Positions 1 through 13,411 of a stretch of DNA of 64,000 nucleotides are shown one piece after another. The notes beneath the pieces were generated by a model. It was not told the DNA's origin. It ran no database searches and was given only the letters and a program-made list of their open reading frames with translations. The position numbers and the translations under genes are program-made. The stretch is taken from positions 66,687-130,686 of the forward strand of contig CACBLW010000001.1 in assembly GCA_902540265.1 (NCBI GenBank), given 5' to 3'. Within the stretch, counting starts at the first letter, position 1; every line of letters begins with the position of its first letter. The DNA comes from an uncultured Alphaproteobacteria bacterium (GTDB taxonomy: Bacteria > Pseudomonadota > Alphaproteobacteria > HIMB59 > GCA-002718135).

Positions 1-577
1 CCTTGTAGGAATGATGGCTGCTATGGCATCAAAAAGTGGAACTATTGGTTTCGTTGGTGGAATGGACATTCCTTTAATTAGAAAATTTCAGGGTGGTTAT
101 GAACAAGGTGCACAATATGTAAATCCAGATATTACTGTTTTAGCAAATATGACTGGAACTACAAACGAGGCATGGAACAACCCAACTAAAGGTGCTGAGC
201 TAACAAAGGCCCAAATAGATGGTGGCGCTGATGTTGTTTATCAAGCTGCAGGTGGAACTGGAATTGGTGTTTTACAGGCTGCTGCCGATGCTGGAATTAT
301 GGGTATTGGCGTTGACTCAAACCAAAACTGGATGCATCCAGGTACCATGCTTACTTCAATGTTGAAGAGATTAGATTTAACTATCTTCGAGCAAGCACAA
401 AATGTAGCAAAAGGTTCTTTTGAATCAGGAATTAATATCCTCGGACTTTCAGAAGGAATGCTTGGCTATGCAACTGAAGACGGAATGGTAACTTCTGAAA
501 TGGCTGCTGCTGCTGATGCAGCTGCTGCAGATATTGCGAGTGGTGCATTAGTTGTTGCTGATTGGTCACAAGAATAA
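1..577 (+). CDS. BMP/PnrA-family ABC substrate-binding protein (nucleoside-type), 5'-truncated by the window edge
   Basis: The reading frame is open from base 2 (..LVGMMAAMASKSGTIGFVGGMDIPLIRKF..). The GFVGGMDIP motif is typical of the BMP family. It is followed by the matching double-ATPase and two permeases. Confidence 0.8.
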   Translation, partial: LVGMMAAMASKSGTIGFVGGMDIPLIRKFQGGYEQGAQYVNPDITVLANMTGTTNEAWNNPTKGAELTKAQIDGGADVVYQAAGGTGIGVLQAAADAGIMGIGVDSNQNWMHPGTMLTSMLKRLDLTIFEQAQNVAKGSFESGINILGLSEGMLGYATEDGMVTSEMAAAADAAAADIASGALVVADWSQE

Positions 578-594
578 TTAAAATATAAACAATT

Positions 595-633
595 GGCGAG
601 ACCAAAGATTGATAAATAATTTATGGTCTCGCC
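595..633 (+). promoter_or_regulatory. Intercistronic hairpin covering the start codon of the ATPase gene
   Basis: GGCGAGACC (595-603) is the exact reverse complement of GGTCTCGCC (625-633), with a 21-nt loop. The ATG at 623-625 runs into the 3' arm. Confidence 0.5.
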
Positions 634-2143
634 TATCTTAGAGCTTACAAATATAAATAAATCTTTTGGCCACGTTCAGGCCAATAAAAATATTAATCTT
701 AAAATTAATAAAGGAACAATTCACGGTATAATTGGGGAAAACGGTGCTGGTAAATCTACCCTAATGAGTATAGTTTTTGGTCTTTATCAGGCGAATTCAG
801 GTTCTATTAAAATTAATGGTAAAGAAATAAACCTAAGATCACCAAGAGACTCTATAGTAAATGGTATTGGAATGGTTCATCAACATTTTATGTTGGTCGA
901 AAATTTTACAGTATTAGAAAATATTATACTTGGTTTTGAAGGTGAAACAGTTTTTGGAGAAAAACTTGCTAATGCAAAAAAAGATTTAGAAGAACTTTGT
1001 AAAACTTATAATTTCAATATTGATCTTGATGCAACAATAGCAGATCTATCAGTTGGGTTCCGACAAAGAGTAGAAATATTAAAATCTTTATACAGAGGGG
1101 CAGAAATTCTAATCTTAGATGAGCCTACTGGCGTGCTTACACCACAGGAAGTTGATGAATTATTCAAAATTCTTAGATCATTAAAAGAAGAAGGAAAAAC
1201 AATTGTATTAATTACACATAAATTAATTGAAATCATGGATCTAACCAGCGAAGTTTCAGTTATGCGTCAAGGTGAAATGGTTGGACATACAAAAACACAA
1301 GATACAAACAAAGAGCAGCTAGCTGAAATGATGGTTGGAAGAAGTGTCTTGCTGAGAGTCGACAAAAAAGAAATAAAAAAAGGAGAAGTTATTTTTAAAG
1401 TTAACAATCTTTCAGTTAAAGATGATTTAGATGTTATACGTGTTAAAAATATTAATTTGGAAATCCGTTCTGGTGAAATTTTAGGTATTGCAGGTGTAAC
1501 TGGAAATGGACAAACTGAATTATTAGAAGCACTTTCAGGAATTAGAAAAGTGGAATCAGGAAATATTCAATTATTCGGTGAAAAAATATCTGACCAAGAC
1601 AATTTTCTTAATCCAAGAATGCTAAAAGAGAAAGGCCTGGCGCATGTCCCAGAGGACAGACAAAGAATGGGCTTAATAAGTGATTTTAAAGCTCACGAAA
1701 ATTTGATTTTTGGATATCATGATCAAGAACCTTTTTCGAAATCTGCAGTTTTAAATAATAAAGAAATTACAGAATATTCAAGTAAGATAATGCAAGAATA
1801 TGATGTTAGACCAAACTCACCAAATTTAATAACATCAAATTTTTCTGGAGGTAATCAACAGAAAATTATTTTAAGTAGAGAACTAAATGAAAATCCAAAA
1901 GTTCTTTTAGTAGGTCAACCAACAAGAGGTGTAGATATTGGTGCAATTGAATTTATTCATCAAAGACTTATTGATATGCGAGACAGAGGAGCAGCAATAT
2001 TATTAGCGTCCGTTGAGTTAGATGAAATATTGTCCTTATCTGATAGGATTATTGTTATGTTTGATGGTAAAATTGTTGGAGAAAAAGAAAATAAAAATGT
2101 TACTGACCGTGAACTAGGATTACTTATGGCCGGTGTTGCGTAA
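623..2143 (+). CDS. ABC transporter ATP-binding protein with duplicated ATPase domains (nucleoside/sugar type)
   Basis: 506 aa. Two Walker A motifs (GENGAGKST, GVTGNGQTE) and two signature-like motifs (LSVGFRQR, FSGGNQQK). It sits in the BMP transporter operon. Confidence 0.9.
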   Translation: MVSPILELTNINKSFGHVQANKNINLKINKGTIHGIIGENGAGKSTLMSIVFGLYQANSGSIKINGKEINLRSPRDSIVNGIGMVHQHFMLVENFTVLENIILGFEGETVFGEKLANAKKDLEELCKTYNFNIDLDATIADLSVGFRQRVEILKSLYRGAEILILDEPTGVLTPQEVDELFKILRSLKEEGKTIVLITHKLIEIMDLTSEVSVMRQGEMVGHTKTQDTNKEQLAEMMVGRSVLLRVDKKEIKKGEVIFKVNNLSVKDDLDVIRVKNINLEIRSGEILGIAGVTGNGQTELLEALSGIRKVESGNIQLFGEKISDQDNFLNPRMLKEKGLAHVPEDRQRMGLISDFKAHENLIFGYHDQEPFSKSAVLNNKEITEYSSKIMQEYDVRPNSPNLITSNFSGGNQQKIILSRELNENPKVLLVGQPTRGVDIGAIEFIHQRLIDMRDRGAAILLASVELDEILSLSDRIIVMFDGKIVGEKENKNVTDRELGLLMAGVA

Positions 2144-3264
2144 TGAGTAACATAGTAGTTGATAAATCCAAGGTACCATGGTGGGTGTCTAACGTTATCG
2201 TACCTTTAGTAAACTTAACATTAGCATTACTAGTATCAGGTCTGTTTATTTTTATAGCAGGTGAAAATCCAATTGAAGCAGTTAAGTTAATTATTTTTGG
2301 TTCGTTCGGTTATATCCAAGGTTTTGCATATACACTTTATTATACTACAAATTTTATTTTCACTGGACTTGCATTTGCTGTAGCTTTTCATTGTAGACTT
2401 TTCAACATTGGGGGAGAAGGTCAGGCATATATAGGCGGCTTAGGTGTTTTTTTAGTAGCTATAAATTTAAGTTTTCTTCCAATTCCAATTGTCTGGCTTT
2501 TATCAATTTGTGGAGCTTTCTTGTTTGGAGCAGCTTGGGCTTACATACCAGCTTATCTTCAATCAAAAAGAGGAAGCCACGTTGTAATCACAACAATCAT
2601 GTTCAATTTTATAGCCTCTTCATTAATGATTTTTTTACTAGTAGATGTAATTAGAGATACCAATCAGATGGCCCCACATACTGTTAAACTACCTGAAGCA
2701 ATCTGGCTTCCCAGTTTTGAAGCATTTTCTGGTATCCTTGGCATAAAGATAAGATATTCTCCTCTTAATCTTACTTTTTTATTAGCTATTGCTTCTTTAT
2801 TCTTTGTTTGGTTTTTAGTATGGAAAACAAAATGGGGTTATGAGATGCGAGCTGTTGGTCACAATACTCAGGCAGCAATCTATGCAGGTATATCCCCCCA
2901 CAAAAATATAATTATAGCTATGTGCATTTCAGGAGGTCTAGCAGGGTTACTTGGTGTAAATGAAATTCTTGGAGTAAGTCACAAAATACAAGCCGGCTTT
3001 CCAGCTGGATATGGTTTTACTGGAATCGCCGTAGCTTTGATGGGTAGAAATCATCCAATTGGAATTTTACCCGCTGCATTTTTATTTGGAATTTTGTACC
3101 AAGGCGGTTCAGAAGTAACATTTGAGATGCCTAATATCACTAGATACATGTTTGTTGCTGTTCAAGGCTTGATAATTTTATTTAGCGGAGCGTTAGAAAA
3201 CTTATTCAGACCACAAATTGAAAGTTTTTTTGTAAGAAGACTTAATAAAGAGGTAAATGCATAA
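2143..3264 (+). CDS. ABC transporter permease (BMP/nucleoside system)
   Basis: 373 aa and polytopic hydrophobic. The start overlaps the upstream stop (TAATG). Confidence 0.85.
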   Translation: MSNIVVDKSKVPWWVSNVIVPLVNLTLALLVSGLFIFIAGENPIEAVKLIIFGSFGYIQGFAYTLYYTTNFIFTGLAFAVAFHCRLFNIGGEGQAYIGGLGVFLVAINLSFLPIPIVWLLSICGAFLFGAAWAYIPAYLQSKRGSHVVITTIMFNFIASSLMIFLLVDVIRDTNQMAPHTVKLPEAIWLPSFEAFSGILGIKIRYSPLNLTFLLAIASLFFVWFLVWKTKWGYEMRAVGHNTQAAIYAGISPHKNIIIAMCISGGLAGLLGVNEILGVSHKIQAGFPAGYGFTGIAVALMGRNHPIGILPAAFLFGILYQGGSEVTFEMPNITRYMFVAVQGLIILFSGALENLFRPQIESFFVRRLNKEVNA

Positions 3265-4235
3265 TGGAATTTTTGTCTGACATTGCTTCTTTAATTAATT
3301 CTACATTAAGAATATCAACCCCTTTAGTTTTTGCTGCCATGGCGGGTATATTTGCTGAACGTTCAGGTGTAATAGATTTTAGTTTAGAAGGCAAAATGCT
3401 TATGGCAGCTTTTGTTGCAGCTGTAGGTTCTTATTATTTAGGTAATCCGTGGCTCGGCTTATTATTAGCTATTATAGTATGTGTTTGTTTATCAATGTTA
3501 CATGGTTTTGCATCAGTAACACATAAAGGTGATCAAGTAGTATCATGCGTTGCTATAAATATTTTAATTATTGGTTTAACAACAGCTTTAGCAGCTGCGT
3601 GGTTTGGGCAAGCAGGTCTGACACCAACATTAAATGAAGAGCAACGTTTTCTAGAAATCAATTTACCTTTTGCAGACTCTGTAAGAGATATCCCAATTAT
3701 TGGAACACTTTATAGTGATATTTTAAGCGGCCATTATGTATTTGTTTATTTAGCTTATTTATCAGTCCCAATTGTTTTCTGGATTGTATTTAAAACTAGC
3801 TTTGGTTTACGTCTACGAGCTGTAGGTGAAAACCCAAGCGCTGTAGATACTGCTGGCATTAATGTTTTTGCTATGAGGTATAAGGCCCTTGCCGTTAATG
3901 GTGTACTAATTGCTTTTGCCGGTGCTCATTTATCAACTGCAGTTAATGCCAATTTTTTTAGAGAGATGTCTGCTGGCAGAGGTTACTTAGCATTAGCTGC
4001 AATGATTTTTGGAAAGTGGCATCCCAAAACAGCTTTGATCGCATGTTTATTATTTGGTTTCACAGATGCACTTCAAATTAGATTACAAGGTGTTGAGCTA
4101 CCAGCTATAGGAGAGATACCTGTTCAGTTAATACAAGCGATACCATACATATTGACAGTTGTATTACTTGCAGGTTTTGTTGGTAAAGCTATTGCGCCAA
4201 ACGCAATCGGCCAACCCTATATTAAAGAAAGATAA
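3264..4235 (+). CDS. ABC transporter permease (BMP/nucleoside system)
   Basis: 323 aa and polytopic. It is translationally coupled to the previous permease (TAATG overlap). Confidence 0.85.
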   Translation: MEFLSDIASLINSTLRISTPLVFAAMAGIFAERSGVIDFSLEGKMLMAAFVAAVGSYYLGNPWLGLLLAIIVCVCLSMLHGFASVTHKGDQVVSCVAINILIIGLTTALAAAWFGQAGLTPTLNEEQRFLEINLPFADSVRDIPIIGTLYSDILSGHYVFVYLAYLSVPIVFWIVFKTSFGLRLRAVGENPSAVDTAGINVFAMRYKALAVNGVLIAFAGAHLSTAVNANFFREMSAGRGYLALAAMIFGKWHPKTALIACLLFGFTDALQIRLQGVELPAIGEIPVQLIQAIPYILTVVLLAGFVGKAIAPNAIGQPYIKER

Positions 4236-4301
4236 TTATTATTTCATTTTAATAATTTTTAGTCTTTTGAAACCTATATAGTTAATAAAAAAGGAGTTAA
4301 T

Positions 4302-4595
4302 ATGTTGGTTAAATTAACACAAGATTTAAAAAATGGTTTTGGACCATGGAAAGAAATGCTTCTTGCAAATGGTCATAAACTTAAAGAACATGGAATGACT
4401 TGTATATTTGCAGCTACAGAAAAAGATAATGATAACAAGTTAACTGTTATTTTAGATTTTGCTACACCCGAGGGTATGATGGGTTTTAAAAATGATGAAG
4501 AATTAACACAAAGAAGAATTGAAGCTGGTGCTATGGTGGAAACTACAGTAATGACGCCGATGACTTCTGAAGCAGTCACGAATTTTTCAGGTTAG
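4302..4595 (+). CDS. Small hypothetical protein (97 aa)
   Basis: An AAGGAG Shine-Dalgarno sequence lies 5 nt upstream of the ATG. I cannot recognise a family by eye. Confidence 0.5.
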   Translation: MLVKLTQDLKNGFGPWKEMLLANGHKLKEHGMTCIFAATEKDNDNKLTVILDFATPEGMMGFKNDEELTQRRIEAGAMVETTVMTPMTSEAVTNFSG

Positions 4596-4613
4596 TTAAG
4601 AAAGGAAAAAGAT

Positions 4614-4934
4614 ATGAGTTTAATGGAAAGATACCAAAAAGCCATGAATGATAAAAATGAAGATGAAATGAACGATATCTTGCATGATGATTTTAAATTC
4701 ACAATGCATGCATCTGGAAATGTTTTATCAAAATCTGATGTAGTTAGTTGGGCTATGTCAGATGATATTAATTCTGATAAAGATAGAATTGTATATGAGA
4801 ATGACGAAATAGCCGTTCTTCATGCTTTTGTTACGTTTAGTGACGGCAACACACAGGCAGTAATGTCTGTTTTTAAAATTGAAAATGGTAAAATTGTTTC
4901 TTTAGAAACAGGTGCAACGAATATGCCAAAATAA
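4614..4934 (+). CDS. Small hypothetical protein, possibly NTF2/SnoaL-like fold (106 aa)
   Basis: The call rests on size and the C-terminal beta-rich pattern (AVLHAFVTFSDGNTQAVMSVFKIENGKIV). A GAAAGGA RBS lies upstream. The fold assignment is tentative. Confidence 0.4.
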   Translation: MSLMERYQKAMNDKNEDEMNDILHDDFKFTMHASGNVLSKSDVVSWAMSDDINSDKDRIVYENDEIAVLHAFVTFSDGNTQAVMSVFKIENGKIVSLETGATNMPK

Positions 4935-4939
4935 AAAAA

Positions 4940-4960
4940 AGTGGAACTTTAAGTTCCACT
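4940..4960. terminator. Bidirectional rho-independent terminator between the small-protein genes and katG
   Basis: GTGGAAC (4941-4947) pairs with GTTCCAC (4953-4959) around a 5-nt loop. An A8 run lies upstream and a T4 run downstream. Confidence 0.6.
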
Positions 4961-4982
4961 TTTAAAATAATTAAAACTAATT

Positions 4983-7118
<2,136 letters not shown>

Positions 7119-7178
7119 TTAGAACCTCCGTTTTATATTGCTAATATATAAAGAATTTAAATTAAAGAAAAGTGAAAA

Positions 7179-7583
7179 TTATAAGTCTATTCTGAATTTT
7201 TCAGGTCGCCACGTCGCAGGGGCAAGCTCAAAATCATTAAATTCGAAAGCAGGTGCGACAGTGCATCCAATTAAACTAAATGAACCAGAAGATCTCATCG
7301 CAAACCATGTGTTTGCTGTTACGGTATAAATATAATTATGATCTGACCCTAGAGAAAAAACTTCATAATTAACTCCGTCACTTGATGTGAAAACTTCTAG
7401 AGGATCTCCAGAATAAAAATGTAATATTTCATTTTTACTTAATCGATGCCAATGGGATTTCTCACCTTTTTTTAATAAGTAATAAATTTGACTAACATTA
7501 TCGTTCTTAAAATTTTCAATATAATGCCCTCCTTCAGGGTGACTAATCATATTGAGTTTTTTAATTAAATTATCTGCTTCCAC
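7179..7583 (-). CDS. Cupin-fold protein, DUF985-like
   Basis: 134 aa. The N-terminal HPEGGHYIE motif is characteristic of the DUF985/cupin_5 family. Confidence 0.7.
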   Translation of the reverse strand: MEADNLIKKLNMISHPEGGHYIENFKNDNVSQIYYLLKKGEKSHWHRLSKNEILHFYSGDPLEVFTSSDGVNYEVFSLGSDHNYIYTVTANTWFAMRSSGSFSLIGCTVAPAFEFNDFELAPATWRPEKFRIDL

Positions 7584-8174
7584 TTAGATTAAATGACCAA
7601 GTTTACTTCTCTTAGTTGAGATATATTTTTCATTATACTTATTGGTGTCTGAGAAAATAGGAACTCTTTGATTTACTTTGATACCCATATTTTCAAGCGC
7701 TTTTATTTTTTTTGGATTATTGGTCATCAAATCTAATTCTTTGATTGCCAAATATTTTACCATTCCAGCAATATTTTCATATGTTCTTTCATCATCTTTA
7801 AAACCTAGTTGATGATTAGCCTCAACAGTGTCTAGTCCCTTGTCTTGTAAACTATATGCTTTAATTTTATTTGAAAGACCAATGCCTCTTCCTTCTTGTT
7901 GAAGATAAAAAATAACCCCTCTTCCAACCTGAGCAATTTGTTTTAATGATTCAGTTAGTTGGAATCTACAATCACATCTCATACTAAAAAAAGATTCCCC
8001 TGTAATACACTGCGAATGAACTCTTGATAAAACTGGCTCATCAGTAAGCAAGTCACCCATACATATTGCTAAATGATCTTTTGATTCATTTTCATCTGTA
8101 AAGGCATGTACAGTGAACTCTCCAATATCTGTTGGAAGTTTGCTAGTTTCAATAAACTTTAATTTATCTGACAT
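7584..8174 (-). CDS. ribA: GTP cyclohydrolase II (monofunctional)
   Basis: 196 aa. It has the Zn-Cys cluster pattern SQCITGE..CDCRFQL and the QQEGRGIGL motif. Confidence 0.9.
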   Translation of the reverse strand: MSDKLKFIETSKLPTDIGEFTVHAFTDENESKDHLAICMGDLLTDEPVLSRVHSQCITGESFFSMRCDCRFQLTESLKQIAQVGRGVIFYLQQEGRGIGLSNKIKAYSLQDKGLDTVEANHQLGFKDDERTYENIAGMVKYLAIKELDLMTNNPKKIKALENMGIKVNQRVPIFSDTNKYNEKYISTKRSKLGHLI

Positions 8175-8647
8175 TATAGTTTAGTAGGATTTGGGACGCC
8201 TTTATATACTTCTTCAGGATCAAAAACTTTTTCATTCTCTTCAAATTTAAGAACAACTTTAGAACTAGTATTATCCAAAGGAATACTTCTATAAAAACAT
8301 GACCTATATCCTACATGACAGCTAGCACCACCTTTGACATCAACCCTTAACCAAACACAATCTTGATCATCATCAATTCTTATTTCTTTTATCTTCTGCG
8401 TTAATCCACTTGTTTTACCTTTGTGCCAAAGGGTATTTCTGCTTCTAGAAAAATAAACAGCTTCACCCAAACTTATAGTTTTCTTAAAGGCTTCTTCATT
8501 CATATATCCTTGCATAAGTAGTTCACCAGATGAAAAATCTGTTGTTACAACGGGTATTAGACCATTTGAATCAAATTTCGGAGCAAGTTCATTTGACTCT
8601 TCAACTTGTTCTATAGATTTTCTTTTTTCAAATTGAATGTTATTCAT
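8174..8647 (-). CDS. hisI: Phosphoribosyl-AMP cyclohydrolase (monofunctional)
   Basis: 157 aa. Motifs [15 protein letters not shown] and [11 protein letters not shown] are present. Confidence 0.9.
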   Translation of the reverse strand: MNNIQFEKRKSIEQVEESNELAPKFDSNGLIPVVTTDFSSGELLMQGYMNEEAFKKTISLGEAVYFSRSRNTLWHKGKTSGLTQKIKEIRIDDDQDCVWLRVDVKGGASCHVGYRSCFYRSIPLDNTSSKVVLKFEENEKVFDPEEVYKGVPNPTKL

Positions 8648-9641
8648 TTTTTAATTTTTCAGCAACTTCTAATGCAAAGTAAGTCAGTATACCATTTGCC
8701 CCAGCTCTTTTAAAAGATAAAAGAGATTCCATTACAACTTTTTCATTAAGCCAACCTTTATTAATTGACTCTTTTATCATCGAATATTCACCGGATACTT
8801 GGTAGGCAAAAGTTGGAACTTTAAATTCTGATTTTATTCTAGAAATAATATCAAGATAAGGCATACCAGGTTTAACCATTACCATATCTGCACCTTCCCT
8901 TATATCTAATCCAACTTCTCTAATAGCTTCATCACTGTTTGATGGATCCATTTGATATGTTAATTTACCATCTTTACCCAAATTAGAACCAGAACCTATA
9001 GCATCTCTAAAAGGTCCATAAAAACCCGAAGCATATTTTGCAGCATAAGAGAGAATAAGGGTATCTGCTAAATTGTTTGAATCTAATACAGTTCTTATTC
9101 TTCCCACTCTTCCATCCATCATATCCGACGGGGCGATTACATCACAACCAGCATTCGCTTGGACTAGAGCCTGCTGTTCCAAAACCTCCAAAGTTTTATC
9201 ATTATCTATTTTATCATTTATAACTAAACCATCATGCCCATGGTCCGTAAAAGGATCTAACGCAACATCACATACAATACCAATATTTGGAAAATCTTTT
9301 TTGATACTTTTAATTGATCTGCATACCAAATTGTTTTCATCTACAGCTAAACTTCCCTCAGAATTTTTAAGGCCACTTTCAATTTGCGGAAAAATTGCAA
9401 TAGCAGGAATATTAAATGTAACAGCTTTTTCTACTTCACTTAAAAGTTTATCAATAGAGTATCTGCTTATACCAGGCATCGAATTAATAGGATCATCAAC
9501 CTTGTTTCCCTCGCATACAAATAGAGGCAAGATTAAATCATTAACACTAAGTGTATTTTCAGCAACTAAACGGCGAGAAAATTCTTTCATTCTATTACGT
9601 CTAAGTCTTGTACTTGGAAACTTACCTTGCATGTTATTCAT
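8640..9641 (-). CDS. hemB: Porphobilinogen synthase (delta-aminolevulinate dehydratase)
   Basis: 333 aa. The N-terminus RLRRNR, ..PSDMMDGRV.., [11 protein letters not shown] and [11 protein letters not shown] are all typical of HemB. Confidence 0.93.
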   Translation of the reverse strand: MNNMQGKFPSTRLRRNRMKEFSRRLVAENTLSVNDLILPLFVCEGNKVDDPINSMPGISRYSIDKLLSEVEKAVTFNIPAIAIFPQIESGLKNSEGSLAVDENNLVCRSIKSIKKDFPNIGIVCDVALDPFTDHGHDGLVINDKIDNDKTLEVLEQQALVQANAGCDVIAPSDMMDGRVGRIRTVLDSNNLADTLILSYAAKYASGFYGPFRDAIGSGSNLGKDGKLTYQMDPSNSDEAIREVGLDIREGADMVMVKPGMPYLDIISRIKSEFKVPTFAYQVSGEYSMIKESINKGWLNEKVVMESLLSFKRAGANGILTYFALEVAEKLKNE

Positions 9642-9644
9642 TTT

Positions 9645-11570
9645 TTATTCTATTGGTGATTTTGCTTCTTTAGATAAGCTAGTAACAATATCTTCTAATT
9701 TAAAGATCTTTGTTTCAGAGGATCCAATTCTTCTAACAGATACTGTTTTATCTTCAGCTTCTTTTTTTCCAACAGCAATAATTGCTGGCACTTTACTATT
9801 ACTGTGTTCACGTATTTTATAACCAATTTTTTCATTACGTGTATCTATTTCCGCCCTAATTCCTTTTGATACTAATGCTTTTTGTACCTCATAAGCATAC
9901 TCATCTGTATCAGATGTAATTGTAGCAACTACAGCTTGCAATGGTGAAAGCCAAAACGGAAGATGGCCAGCATAATGTTCAATTAGAATGCCAGTGAATC
10001 TCTCTAAGGAACCAAATAGAGCTCTATGCAACATGACTGGTATTTTTTTATTACCATCTTCTCCAATATAAGTAGCACCCAATCTTCCAGGTAAATTTAA
10101 ATCTACTTGCAGTGTACCGCATTGCCAGTCTCTGCCAATTGCATCACGTAAAACAAACTCTAATTTTGGACCGTAAAATGCACCTTCTCCTGGGTTGAGT
10201 GAATACTCAAGACCTGTTGCTTCCATGGCTTGCATTAATGCAGCCTCAGCTTTATCCCAAATAGCATCATCTCCCACACGTTTTTCAGGGCGATCAGAAA
10301 ATTTGATTCTAACATTATCGAAACCAAAGTCCTTATAGATACTAAGTATCAAATCACATACCGTTTTACTCTCTTGTGTAATTTGATCTTCTGTACAAAA
10401 TATATGTGCATCATCTTGTGTGAATGCTCTCACCCTCATTAATCCATGAAGAGCACCTGATGGTTCATAACGATGTACTTTTCCGAATTCAGATAATAGA
10501 AAAGGTAAGTCTCTATAACTTTTTAATCCTTGTTTAAAAATTTCTACAGCTCCAGGGCAATTCATTGGTTTAATAGCATAAATTTTATCGTCTTTTGCTT
10601 CAGTTCTAAACATCATGTCACTAAATTTGTCCCAGTGACCAGACGTTTCCCATAGAGACTTATCCATCATGTCTGGCGTATTAGTTTCTACGTAACCTGC
10701 TTTGTCTTGTCTGTTTCGCATATAATTTATTAACGACTGGAATAATGTCCAACCCTTAGGGTGCCAAAACACCGCTCCAGGGGCCTCTTCCTGAAAATGA
10801 AATAAATCCATTTCTCTTCCTAGTTTTCGGTGATCTCTTTTTTCTGCTTCTGCAATTTGTAAAAGGTGTTGTTCAAGATCCTTTTCTGTTGCCCAGGCCG
10901 TTCCATAAATTCTTGTTAGCATTGCATTAGATGAGTCACCTCGCCAGTAAGCACCAGCAACTTTCATTAATTTAAATGCTTTACCAATTTGTTTTGTTGA
11001 AACCATATGAGGACCTCTGCACAAGTCTAACCAATCACCTTGTTTGTAAATGCTGATTTCCTCACTATCAGGCAGATCATTAATTAATTCAACTTTATAA
11101 TCTTCACCTTTGTCTTTAAAATATTTTATTGATTCCTCTTTAGACCACACTTCTCTTATGAATTTTTTATTTCGTTGAATGATATCGTGCATCTTCTTTT
11201 CAATTTTTGGAAGATCAGCAACAGTAAAAGGTTCATCTCTTGCAAAATCATAATAGAAACCATTTTCAATTGCTGGACCAATTGTAACTTGTGTTCCAGG
11301 AAATAATTCTTGGACAGCTTCTGCCATTACATGAGCACAATCATGTCGAATTAATTCAAGTGCTTCCTCGCTATCTCTTTTTAAAATTGATACAGATGCA
11401 TCAGCATTAATAGGTAAACTAATATCTTTTATCTCATTATTAATTTTTATAGCGACTGATTCTTTGGCAAGAGATTTAGAAATTTGCGTTGCCAATTCAA
11501 GACCACTGATGCCTTTATCAACTTCTTTTTTATTTCCATCTGGAAACGTAATTATTATCTTTTCACTCAT
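9645..11570 (-). CDS. thrS: Threonine--tRNA ligase
   Basis: 641 aa with TGS, editing, class II core and anticodon domains. The motif RGPHMVST is present, and so are [11 protein letters not shown] and the rest of the catalytic core. Confidence 0.95.
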   Translation of the reverse strand: MSEKIIITFPDGNKKEVDKGISGLELATQISKSLAKESVAIKINNEIKDISLPINADASVSILKRDSEEALELIRHDCAHVMAEAVQELFPGTQVTIGPAIENGFYYDFARDEPFTVADLPKIEKKMHDIIQRNKKFIREVWSKEESIKYFKDKGEDYKVELINDLPDSEEISIYKQGDWLDLCRGPHMVSTKQIGKAFKLMKVAGAYWRGDSSNAMLTRIYGTAWATEKDLEQHLLQIAEAEKRDHRKLGREMDLFHFQEEAPGAVFWHPKGWTLFQSLINYMRNRQDKAGYVETNTPDMMDKSLWETSGHWDKFSDMMFRTEAKDDKIYAIKPMNCPGAVEIFKQGLKSYRDLPFLLSEFGKVHRYEPSGALHGLMRVRAFTQDDAHIFCTEDQITQESKTVCDLILSIYKDFGFDNVRIKFSDRPEKRVGDDAIWDKAEAALMQAMEATGLEYSLNPGEGAFYGPKLEFVLRDAIGRDWQCGTLQVDLNLPGRLGATYIGEDGNKKIPVMLHRALFGSLERFTGILIEHYAGHLPFWLSPLQAVVATITSDTDEYAYEVQKALVSKGIRAEIDTRNEKIGYKIREHSNSKVPAIIAVGKKEAEDKTVSVRRIGSSETKIFKLEDIVTSLSKEAKSPIE

Positions 11571-12952
11571 CTAGATTTACGCCAAATCGTTCCTTTATCA
11601 GTATCTTCTATTTCTATGCCTTTATCTTTTAATGTGTCCCTAATAGTATCTGCCAAATTAAAATTTTTACTGCGTCTAGCTTCATTACGTTCATTTATCA
11701 ACCTTTCAATTTCTTCAGCATTTTCAGTATCTTTTTGATTATAGCCTAACCAATTTCCTGGATCATCTTCAAGAATACCTAATATTTTACCGGCAGAAAG
11801 AAGATTTTTTTTGATTTCTTTTTTTCTTTCATCAGATGCAGATGAAGCATCATTTGCTTCTTCATTAAGTTTTGCAATGACTTTAGGTGTATTCAAATCA
11901 TCTAAAAATGACTCCATTATAGAATCAGAAGGTAAGTTAGAATCTATCTCAACTTCTGACAGCTCTAATAGAACTCTATAAAGTCGATCTATCATTTTGC
12001 TATTTTGTTCAATGATTTCTTCTGTCCAGTTCAATGGCTGTTTGTAGTGAGCTGACAACAATGTTAATCGCAAAACCTCTCCCTTGTATTTTTTATTGAG
12101 ATCATGAACGAGTCTAATATTGCCAATTGACTTTGACATTTTTTCTCCCTCAACATTAACAAATCCATTATGAAACCAATAAGTTGCAAAATCTTTAGGA
12201 TCTTTATTTTCAGATATAGAACAAGTTTGTGCTATTTCATTTTCATGATGCGGAAACACCAAGTCAATACCACCGCTATGGATATCAAAAGGAAGACCTA
12301 ATGATTTTTCTGACATAACGGAGCACTCTAAATGCCATCCTGGTCTTCCAAATCCCCAAGGTGAATCCCAACCAGGTAAGGGTGAGGGAGATGGTTTCCA
12401 TAAAATAAAATCTGCTGGATCTTTTTTGAACGGCGCTACTTCAACACGGCTTCCAGCTATTTGTTCATCTCTATTTCTTTTTGAAAGAATTCCATAATTA
12501 TCAAAACTTGGCACATGAAATAAAACATGACCCTCTTTTTCATAAGCTTTATTTTCATCAATTAATTTTTTTATCAACTCGATCATTTCTTTAATATGAT
12601 CAGTTGCCCTTGGTTGAATATCAGGAAGATTAACACCAAGTGCACTCATGTCATTATTGTAAATCTCTGTATATTTATTCGTGATAACACTAATGTCCTC
12701 ACCTGTTTCTTTAGAAGCTTCTATTATTTTGTCATCAATATCAGTGATATTAGATACATAGGTCACTTGTTTAAATTGTGTTTTTAATACACGGACCAAT
12801 AAATCATTTACAACTGCCATACGCGCATTACCTATGTGCGCAAAATTGTAAACAGTTGGACCGCAAGCATATATTCTTACATGATCTGGATTAACTGGTT
12901 TAAAAAATTCTTTTTTACCACTTAATGTGTTTTGTAACTGTAATGACATCAA
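11567..12952 (-). CDS. cysS: Cysteine--tRNA ligase
   Basis: 461 aa with HIGNAR (HIGH) and KMSKS motifs. Its stop overlaps the thrS start by 4 nt. Confidence 0.95.
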   Translation of the reverse strand: MMSLQLQNTLSGKKEFFKPVNPDHVRIYACGPTVYNFAHIGNARMAVVNDLLVRVLKTQFKQVTYVSNITDIDDKIIEASKETGEDISVITNKYTEIYNNDMSALGVNLPDIQPRATDHIKEMIELIKKLIDENKAYEKEGHVLFHVPSFDNYGILSKRNRDEQIAGSRVEVAPFKKDPADFILWKPSPSPLPGWDSPWGFGRPGWHLECSVMSEKSLGLPFDIHSGGIDLVFPHHENEIAQTCSISENKDPKDFATYWFHNGFVNVEGEKMSKSIGNIRLVHDLNKKYKGEVLRLTLLSAHYKQPLNWTEEIIEQNSKMIDRLYRVLLELSEVEIDSNLPSDSIMESFLDDLNTPKVIAKLNEEANDASSASDERKKEIKKNLLSAGKILGILEDDPGNWLGYNQKDTENAEEIERLINERNEARRSKNFNLADTIRDTLKDKGIEIEDTDKGTIWRKSR

Positions 12953-12960
12953 TATATTTT

Positions 12961-13383
12961 TTAATAATTAAGTTCTATTACCACGGGTTCGCCATGAACT
13001 AAAATGATTGCAGCTTTTTCAAATGATGGGGGACCTTTTGGTTGATAATTATTACTAAAGGCAAAACCTTCTTTTGGTCTCCAGAATAATCCAGTCTTTA
13101 ATTTTCCATCTGAATCTTCATCGTGATAGGCAACAATTGCTATTTTTCCTTCATGTATCTTACTCAAAGGAACTACAACCTCACCTTTTTGCACTCTTTT
13201 TCTAACGCTCTCAATTGCTAATTCTTCATCCAAAAAGCTCTCTTTTGAGTCATATATCTTAACATCAATGTAACCATCACCATGTTCTACATTTGGAAAA
13301 ATGATAGTTCCATGTGCAAAAAGACCTAAAGACCATGTGACTGTTAAGCAAAAAAAGAATATTTTAGTAAAAAAACTTTTCAT
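12961..13383 (-). CDS. Secreted DUF2141-family protein
   Basis: 140 aa with a signal peptide. The motif YHDEDSDGKL..GFAFSNN..GPPSFEKA matches the DUF2141 pattern. Confidence 0.7.
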   Translation of the reverse strand: MKSFFTKIFFFCLTVTWSLGLFAHGTIIFPNVEHGDGYIDVKIYDSKESFLDEELAIESVRKRVQKGEVVVPLSKIHEGKIAIVAYHDEDSDGKLKTGLFWRPKEGFAFSNNYQPKGPPSFEKAAIILVHGEPVVIELNY

Positions 13384-13411
13384 ATAAGTATCCTAATTAT
13401 AATAGAATCAA

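Noticed and set aside
9073-9822. 249-aa plus-strand ORF spanning the hemB/thrS junction
   Set aside because: It is entirely antisense to two highly conserved genes. Its product is low-complexity and Ser/Leu/Ile-rich with no recognisable motif. It is a shadow ORF typical of AT-rich DNA.
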